Origin: Thermoprotei archaeon
GTDB taxonomy: Archaea > Thermoproteota > Thermoprotei > Thermoproteales > B15-G16
Length of the DNA: 64,000 nucleotides
Direction of reading: 5' to 3'
Assembly (NCBI GenBank): GCA_003649205.1
Contig: QMRC01000001.1
Span: 308,624-372,623, forward strand
Shown here: positions 19,703 to 29,373 of the stretch, piece by piece
Position numbering within the stretch: position 1 is the stretch's first letter
How the letters are laid out: every line of letters starts with the position of its first letter
Translations under genes and position numbers: made by a program
The notes under the pieces: model-generated
Databases searched by the model: none
Seen by the model: the letters and a program-made list of their open reading frames with translations, nothing else
What the model was told of the DNA's origin: nothing

Positions 19703-20598
19703 TCTCTACAACAGCAACACCATTAATAGCGTACTCACGAACCTACTCAAACCCAAGTTCAAGAGCATCGAGATGACAAAAATCAATACTTATTGAGATA
19801 TCGTCATCAGCAAAACACATAATGACCCACATGCACGGGCCGAGAGTAAAGCAAGAGTAAAGTACGGGAATAAAAATCATTGTAGTCAATGTAATCGAAT
19901 AACTACAGAAACCACAACAACTCTTCACTCAATCTAAGGCATCTTATTGAGGTACCTCACATAAAATGAGAGGCACCAAAATAAGCTACCTAGAGGCACT
20001 ATGTGGAGATACCAGAGCAACAATTAAGGGTCAAACACAAAACTAAGGGATATTCTTCTCTCCTCGAAACCATACATAGCAAAACCTCCAAAGAAATAGA
20101 GCATAACGAAGAAAAAGAACCTCATGAAAGCATTAGAAAACTTCAGGATAGAGGTATTGAAGTTGCTAACAAGCTAGGTAGCTCATCGAGAAGCCTATTA
20201 AGCAAAGTATTGTCATTATCCCTTACCAATCTACCAGTCACACCATCCCTGACAAAAACTTACTTCACAATCCCCCCAAATAACAACACTTACCTAACCA
20301 CCATCACCATTACGATTTAAGATACTAACAATCGAAACAATACCTCTCTTAAAGTATTCGTATTCAAGTAATTTACCAATTAGCAAGAATAAACGTGAGC
20401 ACCTTGAAGCACCTCTCTTAAACCTCTCAAACTTCCTTAGTTATTCTCTGAGGTACGGAATTCAAGTAATAGACCCGTACCCTCTTCAACTTAACCTCAG
20501 AACACCGCAAAATATTGTAACATGGTAAAGTACTGAGAATCTCACCAATAGAAATGCTTAAATTAGGTCTAGGGTTAGGTACTTGACACGGTCTGTAC

Positions 20599-21048
20599 AT
20601 GTTAGAGACCTCAGTGTTTAGACTTTCACTTCCACCAGCTGCGCTGATTACGGTTGTGATCTTGTGTTGTGTTCTAATAGTTGCATTAGTGTTGACGATA
20701 CTACCCATAGTGTTGTTCAGTATCTACGTCGATAGAGATTCCATAGCTGTTCGTGCTCCACCATTCATTCATTTACATGTTAGGAGAGATGATGTGGTGT
20801 TTGCTATGGTTCTAGATCTTAGGTACCACCCGGAGCTCAAGCCTACTATAAGACTCTACGGCATAGGTTTACCTAGCTGGAGAGTTGGGTGGTATAGGCT
20901 TAGCAACGGTTCGAAAGCTTTCATAGCCATAAACGATCTCGGTCAAGCACTCGTACTCAAACTTAAAAACGACAACTACATCATACTATCGCCTAAGGAT
21001 TTCGATAGATTCATAGAAACACTGAAGTGCCTCGGATGGCTTCCATAG
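20599..21048 (+). CDS. Membrane-anchored bacterial-type PH domain protein
   Basis: TM then RLYGIGLP..RVGWYRL..G...ILSP. Confidence 0.7.
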   Translation: MLETSVFRLSLPPAALITVVILCCVLIVALVLTILPIVLFSIYVDRDSIAVRAPPFIHLHVRRDDVVFAMVLDLRYHPELKPTIRLYGIGLPSWRVGWYRLSNGSKAFIAINDLGQALVLKLKNDNYIILSPKDFDRFIETLKCLGWLP

Positions 21049-21059
21049 AAACACTGAAG
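21012..21059. repeat. 16-bp direct repeat CATAGAAACACTGAAG (21012-21027, 21044-21059)
   Basis: Seen directly; second copy contains the stop codon of the PH gene. Confidence 0.85.
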
Positions 21060-22181
21060 CTCGTCACCCCATCCCAGGGCTGAATAACTTCTACTAATGT
21101 ATGTCGAAAAGCTAGATCTCACCAAGCTTCGTATTGAATAGCTTAAATACTTACCTACGTTGCTCCGAGGCTTACAATAATGTTGACATGTATTGCCTTG
21201 ACAAAAACCAGCAAGCGCCCCTATGTAAGTCCATGCTTCAGCACTTCCCTACATAGCTGTAGAGATACTGAGCTAGCTGATAAAAACGGTAAAACGTATT
21301 GGCTGGGTATAGTCATAGCCTAGGGAAGTTAACGACGTTCAACGTCCACGATTACGCTCTCCTCAAATACTCTTTCAGCATTGCCAACTGTGTGAGGAGT
21401 GTCATTAGTAATGCCTATAGGAATCCTAGGATCATAGAGTCTGTGAACGGCATAGGCTCTCTGTACCTGGTGTAGTGTGGAAGAACTGTGAACACCAACA
21501 CAAAACTTGAAATCACGCAATGAGATGTAGGCTACTGAGGTGATTCCTGAGCAATATGCGATGAGGGGGGCCTCCTGTCCAATGTCAGGATAAGAGAGGT
21601 AGTACCTAGCGAAGGGAGGTGGGGACAAGAGCTTTCAGTGAATCAGTGAAGTAATGTTGGTCAGTGTTTCATGAAACTTACCAATGTTCCATTACCCTGA
21701 TGACCTTCACCTTATCTCTTCACCTTCCTTCATCTTGAAGTAATATGGGGTCAAGAATTCAGGAATGGTGAGATGAGGCGGGATAAGGGGGTTGTTTGGT
21801 CTAGTGTGTACTTGCCGTTTTATAGGGTTGTTTTGAGGTTGAAGAGGTTCTTTGATGAGGTTGCTATGAAGGTTCAGTCTACTCTTTTAGCTGAGGAGGA
21901 AACTAAGAGGAAGATCGTTGAGGAAATTGAGAGGAAGAAGGTGTACTTCATTAATGTACGGAAGTTGGATGTAGTGGATAGGGTACGTAGTTCGTTGTCA
22001 GTTAAGAATCTGCCTTCATATTAATTTGGTTTAGCTATAACTGATGGTACTAGTCCTAAGGAGTTGCAGCTTTGTAGGTTCTATGGGGTTGGGATAGCTA
22101 AATCGCCATCTTCTAATAGTGTTGGAGTTAATAACCCGTGGTGTATGGGTTTTTGCGGTTGCTTAGTGGATTAGGGGGTTC

Positions 22182-22709
22182 ATGTTCGTGAATGAGCTTG
22201 TTGACGTTCTTGTGAATTTAGGTTATCGAGTATTGAGGATTGTTGAGGGGTGTGTTCTGATCTACGACTCTCCTAGTCCTATTGGTGTTTTTCCTGAGGA
22301 GTTCTCTAATGCTGTTATCCTCTATAGGGGATCTCAGTGTGTTGTTGATGTGGTTCATGAGCTTGTACGTGAATACGTTCCGAAGTATGTTCTCTGGATT
22401 GGTGCTAGAGGTACCTTTCTGGAAATTGCGTGCCCTGACTTAGAGAGTGCTACTAAGTTGCTGAAGTTGGTTAAACTTGTTGACTTTAAGCACTCCGGTA
22501 TAACATCTTTACGTGACCTCATTAATGTGTCGTTGTGGTCTATGTATAGACTTGACTTTCCCGTCAAGATTGGTCATGAGTGCCTAATCTCTACTCAGGA
22601 TTTGGGTAAGGTAGTTGATCTAGTTAATAGCTTTGTTGAGAGAGATCGTGAGGTTCTTGCTAGGGTTTGTTCAGTGCTTAAACGTCAGTTAGGTCGGTTT
22701 CGGTCATGA
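22182..22709 (+). CDS. Taw3/TYW3-like protein, degenerate
   Basis: FLEIACPDLESATKLL...FKHSGI...RLDFPV resembles the Taw3 C-terminal half; TTSSCSGR motif missing. Confidence 0.6.
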   Translation: MFVNELVDVLVNLGYRVLRIVEGCVLIYDSPSPIGVFPEEFSNAVILYRGSQCVVDVVHELVREYVPKYVLWIGARGTFLEIACPDLESATKLLKLVKLVDFKHSGITSLRDLINVSLWSMYRLDFPVKIGHECLISTQDLGKVVDLVNSFVERDREVLARVCSVLKRQLGRFRS

Positions 22710-22734
22710 ATCCCTCTATCCCACGGTCATCACG

Positions 22735-22783
22735 TCAGTGCCCAAGGACTACATCACACTTCAGCTGCCCATCAGTTCATCAC
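22735..22783 (-). ncRNA. Box C/D guide sRNA
   Basis: GTGATGA-actgatgggcag-CTGA-agt-GTGATGT-agtccttgggca-CTGA; terminal acg/cgt stem. Confidence 0.85.
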
Positions 22784-22849
22784 ACGTAGAGAGGTTTACT
22801 TTAAGCCCTAAATATACCCAGCTCACATACATAATATCTGGGATACGTA

Positions 22850-23446
22850 TTGATTCCTCAAATTGATGCAGTATCTATGCTACTCTTGATCAAGTACATG
22901 AGGAGAATAGGTAGGTACACCATAAGTAAGTTAACCGGTCTGGGTGAGGGTAAGGTACGTAGATTTCTACAGCAGCTAGTTAACTCAGGATTAGCTCAGA
23001 CAACTAGAGGAGGTACGGCACTTACAGAGCACGGTCTTCAATACCTCAATGAAACTCTCAGTAGGCTGAACGTACTTCACATCGTGATACTGAATAACTT
23101 CCCCCTAGCAAGTACTAAGTACACAACACTATTCTACTGTACAGACCTAACACACGTACTATCGAGGTACTGTCTTGAGGAGAGAGATGTAGCTATTAGG
23201 TACGGTGCAGATGGGGCGGTGCTCATGCTCGTTGGTAGGAATGGTAGAATCTCGATACCTGGTGTCTGTAGTGACTTAAGTGCGTACTCGAGACCTACTT
23301 ACAACATTGTGAGTACGTACTTGAGAACTGGAACAGACCTTGTAATAGCTACCTTCTCAAATAACATCTACGGTGCTATTCGTGGAGGAGTAGCTCTCCT
23401 CTACCACCTCAATGCAAAGCTTAGGGAACTAGGTGAATCAGCATGA
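22850..23446 (+). CDS. Winged-helix protein (DUF2111/DUF4443-like)
   Basis: IGRYTISKLTGLGEGKVR, GGTALT, ERDVAIRYGA. Confidence 0.7.
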   Translation: MIPQIDAVSMLLLIKYMRRIGRYTISKLTGLGEGKVRRFLQQLVNSGLAQTTRGGTALTEHGLQYLNETLSRLNVLHIVILNNFPLASTKYTTLFYCTDLTHVLSRYCLEERDVAIRYGADGAVLMLVGRNGRISIPGVCSDLSAYSRPTYNIVSTYLRTGTDLVIATFSNNIYGAIRGGVALLYHLNAKLRELGESA

Positions 23447-23675
23447 GTACCAGTGTAAGAAGCATAAAGACGAGACCTATTATCAGAGCAATAGCCGCTA
23501 AATTCCTCTCACCAAACACTATGGGTATGGGCCCAATGAATACAACACCACCAACTCTAGCTCTACCTCTACCCATTATCGATAGAAGTAAACCTATGGT
23601 CAGCAATATGAAACCCATCACGATGATCAATATAGCTAGTACCATGTAGTTCATGTACTTACCTCCATAAACCAA
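23421..23675 (-). CDS. DUF131/TIGR00304 membrane protein
   Basis: GGVVFIGPIPIVFG motif. Confidence 0.85.
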   Translation of the reverse strand: MVYGGKYMNYMVLAILIIVMGFILLTIGLLLSIMGRGRARVGGVVFIGPIPIVFGERNLAAIALIIGLVFMLLTLVLMLIHLVP

Positions 23676-24906
23676 GTGCTATCAGTACTATTGTAAGTAC
23701 TCTCCTAAAACAACTTACTCTCAATCTAGGTTCAAGGTAGAACTTAACCAAGTACTTAACTCGTAGGAGTACATGAGGATGCATTGAGAGGAGAGAACTA
23801 CGTAGTAGAGGTATCTTCCTACTATGTACTTCGCGAGAGAGAACCGAAGCTACGTCATGAGAACACACCTTCACAAGAGCAGATGCTAGAGCTAGCGGAT
23901 TGATCACCTCAAGTGAACGTATGTCAGCTCTTATCTCAAGGAATCTGCTAAAAATAGCAAAGACGTAGATCACGGCCACTAGGTAGATCAGTATTGTGAG
24001 TAGGAACTCAATAGGACTTCGATAGAATAGGTGTGTAATGACTAGTAGTCGAAGTAGGTACTCAGCTACAGCGAAGAGCCATACGTGAACGAAGTCTAGT
24101 CCTCTTACGTGACTAAGCTCGTGAGCTAGCACGGCCTCTAGCTCATCAATACTCAACATGGAGAGTAGACCATGAGATAGAACTAACATAGGTTTTGGTA
24201 GTGGTATGACAATAGCTAGTACTCGACCAGTAGGTAGTACCGATACTACTACTTCTCTTCCCATACCTAACTTTCTAGCTATTGGGTAGATAATAGATTT
24301 GAGAGGTAGCTCAGTGCCGCTCACAACTATGTTCTCTATGACGTACTTACTCAGTGTGAATCTCATCGCTAGTAGCATTACGAACCACATAGTGAAGGCT
24401 GTTACTATCACGAGGAGGGGAATGTACGTAATGTCTATAGGGCCGATGAAACACTGAGTAAGTACTAGAAGTGCTACTACTGTGAAGTAGCTAATAGCAA
24501 GTGAGAAGGGGCTAGCTACTGTTGTTAGGAACCACGTGAGGTAATTACTACCTTCATGACAATGCCTGTGAATTCGAACAGTGTTTTTGTCTATCTTGGA
24601 TAGTATCGATGTTATTATCGAGAGGTACTTTAGCTCACGTAGTGTCTTAGGGTTGATAGGTTTCGATGAATATAGCTTGAAGATGATCTCTGATGTGTGT
24701 TGTTTCTCAATGACTAGAATTGAATTTACCTTTCGGAGCAAGATCTTAAGTCTATCACTTGAAACTTCTAAGGGGGTTGGATCGTAATTGCTAAAGAGGT
24801 TGCTTATTAGCTTCACTGAGGGTGTACTGCATACCTGGTTATGTAGCTTGTACTCGTGAGGAGGTAGGGCATTGCTGCACTTCTGCCTTGCTGGTGTTTG
24901 CATCAA
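23659..24906 (-). CDS. M48/HtpX-like membrane zinc protease (start uncertain)
   Basis: ELEAVLAHELSH, E.RAD, MHP...R. Confidence 0.8.
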   Translation of the reverse strand: MMQTPARQKCSNALPPHEYKLHNQVCSTPSVKLISNLFSNYDPTPLEVSSDRLKILLRKVNSILVIEKQHTSEIIFKLYSSKPINPKTLRELKYLSIITSILSKIDKNTVRIHRHCHEGSNYLTWFLTTVASPFSLAISYFTVVALLVLTQCFIGPIDITYIPLLVIVTAFTMWFVMLLAMRFTLSKYVIENIVVSGTELPLKSIIYPIARKLGMGREVVVSVLPTGRVLAIVIPLPKPMLVLSHGLLSMLSIDELEAVLAHELSHVRGLDFVHVWLFAVAEYLLRLLVITHLFYRSPIEFLLTILIYLVAVIYVFAIFSRFLEIRADIRSLEVINPLALASALVKVCSHDVASVLSREVHSRKIPLLRSSLLSMHPHVLLRVKYLVKFYLEPRLRVSCFRRVLTIVLIALGLWR

Positions 24907-25061
24907 TAGCCTGTGTCCTTACCAGGTTTATTTCGGTAACATTCAGATATTATACAGATGACATTTAACTGATACAGACCCATGTACACACCCCTAGTCC
25001 TCACCTTACTTAACTGTTGACTTTATACCCATGAACTACAAATACACGACTTGGTAATTAC

Positions 25062-26744
25062 ATGAGTGACCTGAGAATTGGTATAATCTTTGAGACCACA
25101 ACAACGGAATCTATCAAGTTCAGAGTGTTCCCTCATTGCGAACACTTGATTACTGTTGGTAGTTTCGTTAAGGTACCTAACTACGACAAGAAGTGTAGTG
25201 GTGACGACTATGCACTTGCTAGAGTCGTTCACGTAACTAGGAAGAACTACCTCGCTGAGGAAAAGCTAGTCATTCACTTGACTAGTGATGAGTACCTCGA
25301 GCACATGAGGGAGAGAGGTTACCTAGTTGATAACATTACGGAGATAACCATTGCTACAGCTGTCATAGTTGGTAGGGTGGTAGATGGTAGATTTGAGAAA
25401 CCGAAGATACCACCTAAACCGTTTGACTACGTTTACTTTGCAGATGATGAATTCATTAAGTCTCAACTACTATCAGCACAGAGAAGTGAATCTCACATAG
25501 TGATTGGTTACATAAGAGGTCATCCGAGGATACCAGCTACAATTGATGCTGATAGACTGGTTACTCAGCACTGTGCTATACTTGCCGCTACTGGTGGTGG
25601 TAAGTCATGGACTGCAGCTGTAATTTGTGAAGAGCTGTGTCACAGATTCAACATACCGATAGTAATCATCGATCCACATGGTGAGTATAGCTCTATGCAG
25701 GTACCTGCGTACATGGATCCCTTCTGCAAGTATTCTCTCAGTGAAGAGGAGAGAAAGTTAGCTGATTTAATAGCTAGTAGAGTTAAGGTGTTTGTACCTG
25801 CTAGGGTTAGTACTGAGATCTTCGATAAGTACTTTGAGAAGAGGTTTGGTGTTAAGAGGAGGTACACTAGAGTTGGTGTCTACCCTAGATTACTATCGTT
25901 TAGAGCATTGGTTAAGCTACTTGACTACTACTACGGTATTACTGAAGCTCAGAAGAGAGTTCTCGAGGAGGGTTGGAAGGAGATTCAGATTGGTGATTTA
26001 TCGGGTGTTGAGTTTGAGGATGTTGACGAGTTGATTGATGAAGTTATTAGGCGTGGTGAGCACGCCGCACCTCCAGGTCCTGGCGGTAAGATGGCACTTC
26101 AAAGTCTTGAGACTAAGCTTAGGTTGCTCTTCCGTAATAGACCGTTCTTCATAACTACTGTTGGTGAGGAATTTCGTGGTGAACAAATTAAGTTACTTAA
26201 CATGAAGGAGATACTACTTGAACGAGGTATTGCTGTATTTGATCTAAGTGGTTTAGATAGGGTGGATCAACAGGCCTTTGCATCTGTGATTCTCGATAGC
26301 ATATTCTACCTCGCTACTCAGAGAAAAATACCACCGACCTTCATAATTGTTGAGGAAGCTCACGTATTTGCTCCTGTTGGTGAGGATGCTCCATCGAAGT
26401 ACTCCCTAATGAGGATTGCCTCTGAAGGTAGAAAATTCATGATTGGACTATGCATAATTTCTCAGAGACCATCTAGAGTTGATCCGAACATAACGTCGCA
26501 GTGCATGACTCAGATATTTAAGAGGATGATTAATCCGAAGGATCTACACTACGTTAAGATGGTTTCCGAGTCAATAACTGAGAGCGACATACTTGAGATC
26601 AAGGCTTTGAGTGATCAAGATGCATTAGTTACTGGTGTTAGTGTTCCCTTTACATTACCTATTGTTGTTAGGAAGAGGTATACTGCTCATGGTGGTGCTG
26701 TTCTAAGCTTAAGAGTTGCGTTGGAGATGTTTGGTGGGGTGTAG
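25062..26744 (+). CDS. HerA-like ATPase (HAS barrel + DUF87)
   Basis: HCAILAATGGGKS, IDPHGEY, VEEAH, EGRKF, SQRPS. Confidence 0.9.
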   Translation: MSDLRIGIIFETTTTESIKFRVFPHCEHLITVGSFVKVPNYDKKCSGDDYALARVVHVTRKNYLAEEKLVIHLTSDEYLEHMRERGYLVDNITEITIATAVIVGRVVDGRFEKPKIPPKPFDYVYFADDEFIKSQLLSAQRSESHIVIGYIRGHPRIPATIDADRLVTQHCAILAATGGGKSWTAAVICEELCHRFNIPIVIIDPHGEYSSMQVPAYMDPFCKYSLSEEERKLADLIASRVKVFVPARVSTEIFDKYFEKRFGVKRRYTRVGVYPRLLSFRALVKLLDYYYGITEAQKRVLEEGWKEIQIGDLSGVEFEDVDELIDEVIRRGEHAAPPGPGGKMALQSLETKLRLLFRNRPFFITTVGEEFRGEQIKLLNMKEILLERGIAVFDLSGLDRVDQQAFASVILDSIFYLATQRKIPPTFIIVEEAHVFAPVGEDAPSKYSLMRIASEGRKFMIGLCIISQRPSRVDPNITSQCMTQIFKRMINPKDLHYVKMVSESITESDILEIKALSDQDALVTGVSVPFTLPIVVRKRYTAHGGAVLSLRVALEMFGGV

Positions 26745-27540
26745 GGGTATGGTTAGTGCTTCACTTAGTGAGAGGGAGAGGGTGCTGTGGTCTAGGTATA
26801 CGTGGTGTGAGCTTAAGAGCTTGATCCCTGAGTTGGCTGCTGTCATCATTCCTACCGGATCCATTGAACAGCATGGTCCTCACTTACCACTTGATACCGA
26901 TGCCTACATTGCTGAGGAGCTTGCGATTAGAGTAGCTATGGAGTGTTGGAAGAAGGGATTGAAGGTGCTGGTTGTGCCTACTGTTGTGATTGGTTGTAGT
27001 TCGCATTTCCTGCCTTATCCAGGTACGTTGACACTTAGCTTTGATACCTTCATGAAATTACTTGAAGAGGTTTGTACATCAGTTATACACCATGGAGTTA
27101 AGAGGATTCTTCTCCTGAATGCTCATGGAGGGAATACGGAGTGTCTTCACTTAGTTGCTAGGAAGTTACGAGAGAGGTTTGACGTTGTAATTGCTGTTGT
27201 TAATTGGTGGGATCTCGCTCGTGATATTATTGAGGAGGTCTGTGAATCACCTATGTACCATGCATGCGAGGTCGAGACCTCCCTTGCTCTAGCTCTCTCC
27301 CAGAGAGTGATTATGGAGTTAGCTAGAGGAGAGCTTAAGAAACCTAAATCTAGGTTCGAGAGTACGGACCTCACTAAGCCAGGTATGGTGTATGTATATA
27401 GAGGGAGAGGGAGAAAGGAATTGAGTACTGGTGCTGTTGGTTTACCTGAGAAAGCTACCTACGATAAGGGTAGTAAAATACTTTCTACGCTAGTTACTAG
27501 ACTGGTCGAGGTCATTGAAGATCTTGTGAAGCTTGGTTAG
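26716..27540 (+). CDS. Creatininase-family amidohydrolase
   Basis: GSIEQHGPHLPLDTD, NAHGGN, HACEVETS. Confidence 0.9.
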   Translation: MRWRCLVGCRGMVSASLSERERVLWSRYTWCELKSLIPELAAVIIPTGSIEQHGPHLPLDTDAYIAEELAIRVAMECWKKGLKVLVVPTVVIGCSSHFLPYPGTLTLSFDTFMKLLEEVCTSVIHHGVKRILLLNAHGGNTECLHLVARKLRERFDVVIAVVNWWDLARDIIEEVCESPMYHACEVETSLALALSQRVIMELARGELKKPKSRFESTDLTKPGMVYVYRGRGRKELSTGAVGLPEKATYDKGSKILSTLVTRLVEVIEDLVKLG

Positions 27541-27589
27541 CGTATTAGTTTTCGGAAAGTTTTTAAGTGTGTAGTAAAGGGCTCAAGGT

Positions 27590-28753
27590 ATGGATTTCGA
27601 GCGTTTTATTCAAGAAAAGGTCGAGGAGATTAGGAGGGTTGTTGGTCCTGAGCGAGTTCTATGTGCTATTTCTGGTGGTGTTGATAGTACAACTACTGCA
27701 TTCCTAGTTAAGAGAGCTATTGGGGATAGATTGGTACCTGTCATACTGGATACTGGATTTCTTAGAGAGAATGAGGTTCAGGATGTTGTATCAACTCTTT
27801 CAGGTTACCTAGATTTGAAGGTTATTGACGTGAAGGATGTATTCTACAGGTATCTTCTCGGTTTAGAGGATGCTGAGGAGAAGAGAAAGACCTTTAGACA
27901 CGTCTTCTACAGCGTGCTTGCTAAGGTAGCTAAGGAGTATGGATGTAGGTTTCTAGCTCAGGGAACTATTGCTCCTGACTGGATCGAGACCGTTAAAGGT
28001 ATAAAGACTCAACATAATGTACTAACTCAACTAGGTCTTCAGGTCGAAGACCTCTATGGCTTCTCCGTTATTGAGCCTCTACAGGATCTCTACAAGGACC
28101 AAGTTCGTGAAGTTGCTAGGAGATTAGGTGTTCCTGAGAAGATATTAAAGAGACAACCATTTCCTGGTCCTGGTTTACTAGTTCGTTGTGTTGGTAGGGT
28201 TGATCTAGAGAAGTTAGATATCTTGAGAAAGGCTACAGCTGTTGTTGAGGAAATGCTATTGAGTTTCTCTCCATCGCAGTACTTCGCAGTTATCCTAGAT
28301 AACCAAGTCATCAGTGTGGGGTATGAAGGGAGGTTACGTGAAGTAGCCTGTAAGTACTTCACCACAGGTGTCAATGTCAAGTACTTAGGTACCAAGGCAA
28401 CAGGCGTGAGAGGTGGTTCAAGAGTATACGGTAGGGTACTAGCTATTGAGGCTAGGGATCTCTGTGAGGTACCGTATAGCAAACTACATAATCTAGTAAT
28501 GGATCTCGTCTCCTTAGACAACGAGATAACACATGTAATCCTCAAGATATGTGACAACAATCCAGTTGGTAAGTACGTAATAGTCATTAGGTCAATTGAG
28601 ACACGTGACTTTATGACAGCAACCATAAGTGAGATCCCCCTAAACTACCTCGAGAAAGTTAGCACCAAGATATGTGAAGTCTGTGGAGACTACGTAGCAG
28701 CAGTTTACTATGACATTACCTCGAAGCCACCTGCAACCATCGAGTTCGAGTAG
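27590..28753 (+). CDS. guaAB: GMP synthase, ATP-pyrophosphatase subunit B
   Basis: SGGVDS, QGTIAPD, KTQHN, PFPGPGL, KPPATIEFE. Confidence 0.92.
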   Translation: MDFERFIQEKVEEIRRVVGPERVLCAISGGVDSTTTAFLVKRAIGDRLVPVILDTGFLRENEVQDVVSTLSGYLDLKVIDVKDVFYRYLLGLEDAEEKRKTFRHVFYSVLAKVAKEYGCRFLAQGTIAPDWIETVKGIKTQHNVLTQLGLQVEDLYGFSVIEPLQDLYKDQVREVARRLGVPEKILKRQPFPGPGLLVRCVGRVDLEKLDILRKATAVVEEMLLSFSPSQYFAVILDNQVISVGYEGRLREVACKYFTTGVNVKYLGTKATGVRGGSRVYGRVLAIEARDLCEVPYSKLHNLVMDLVSLDNEITHVILKICDNNPVGKYVIVIRSIETRDFMTATISEIPLNYLEKVSTKICEVCGDYVAAVYYDITSKPPATIEFE

Positions 28754-28759
28754 ATCTCT

Positions 28760-29311
28760 ATGGTTACCGTACTCGTAGCCTCACTTATTGATCAGTGCGA
28801 TCACTTAATAGCTAGGTCGCTGAAGGAGGTCGATGTAGAATCTGTACTGAAGCTAAATACACAGGTAGCAGATGAGCTACTAGCTAGGTTTGATGTAGTT
28901 ATTCTAGGTGGTAGACCATTTAGGTTACCGTATGACTGTCCGAAGATAATTAATGTACCGACTACTGTCCTTAAATCAGGTAAACCTGTACTTGGTATAT
29001 GTCTCGGACATCAACTAATTGCTTATGCTCATGAAGTATCCGCGGATCCATCTACGAGACCTGAGTATGGGCTTTCTGAGCTTATTGTAGACGAGATAAA
29101 TGACCTCTACGTCAGTTTACCACGTCGATTTACAGTGCGGGAATCACATAATGACGAGGTTGAGGAAATTCCACAACTTCATAAACCTAGCATAAACTGC
29201 TACGTGCAGTTACTTAAACACGTCGAGAAATCAATATACACTATTCAGTACCATCTGGGGGTATACCATACGAAGTGTGTGAGAGTGAGATCTTCAGTAT
29301 GTAGGAGGTAG
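28760..29311 (+). CDS. guaAA: GMP synthase glutaminase subunit A (degenerate)
   Basis: GICLGHQ and SHNDEV present; QYHLG replaces Q.HPE. Confidence 0.7.
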   Translation: MVTVLVASLIDQCDHLIARSLKEVDVESVLKLNTQVADELLARFDVVILGGRPFRLPYDCPKIINVPTTVLKSGKPVLGICLGHQLIAYAHEVSADPSTRPEYGLSELIVDEINDLYVSLPRRFTVRESHNDEVEEIPQLHKPSINCYVQLLKHVEKSIYTIQYHLGVYHTKCVRVRSSVCRR

Positions 29312-29373
29312 ATCAGTAAGGTTTTTCACAATATGTACTACATCACAAAGAAAAGGAGTTGGAGGTCATGTAG

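Noticed and set aside
21030-21085. Possible C/D sRNA with two CTGA boxes
   Set aside because: No credible C or C' box
21640-21740. Possible C/D sRNA (several TGAAG/GATGA motifs, CTTCACCTT repeated)
   Set aside because: No consistent C-D'-C'-D spacing with a good terminal D box
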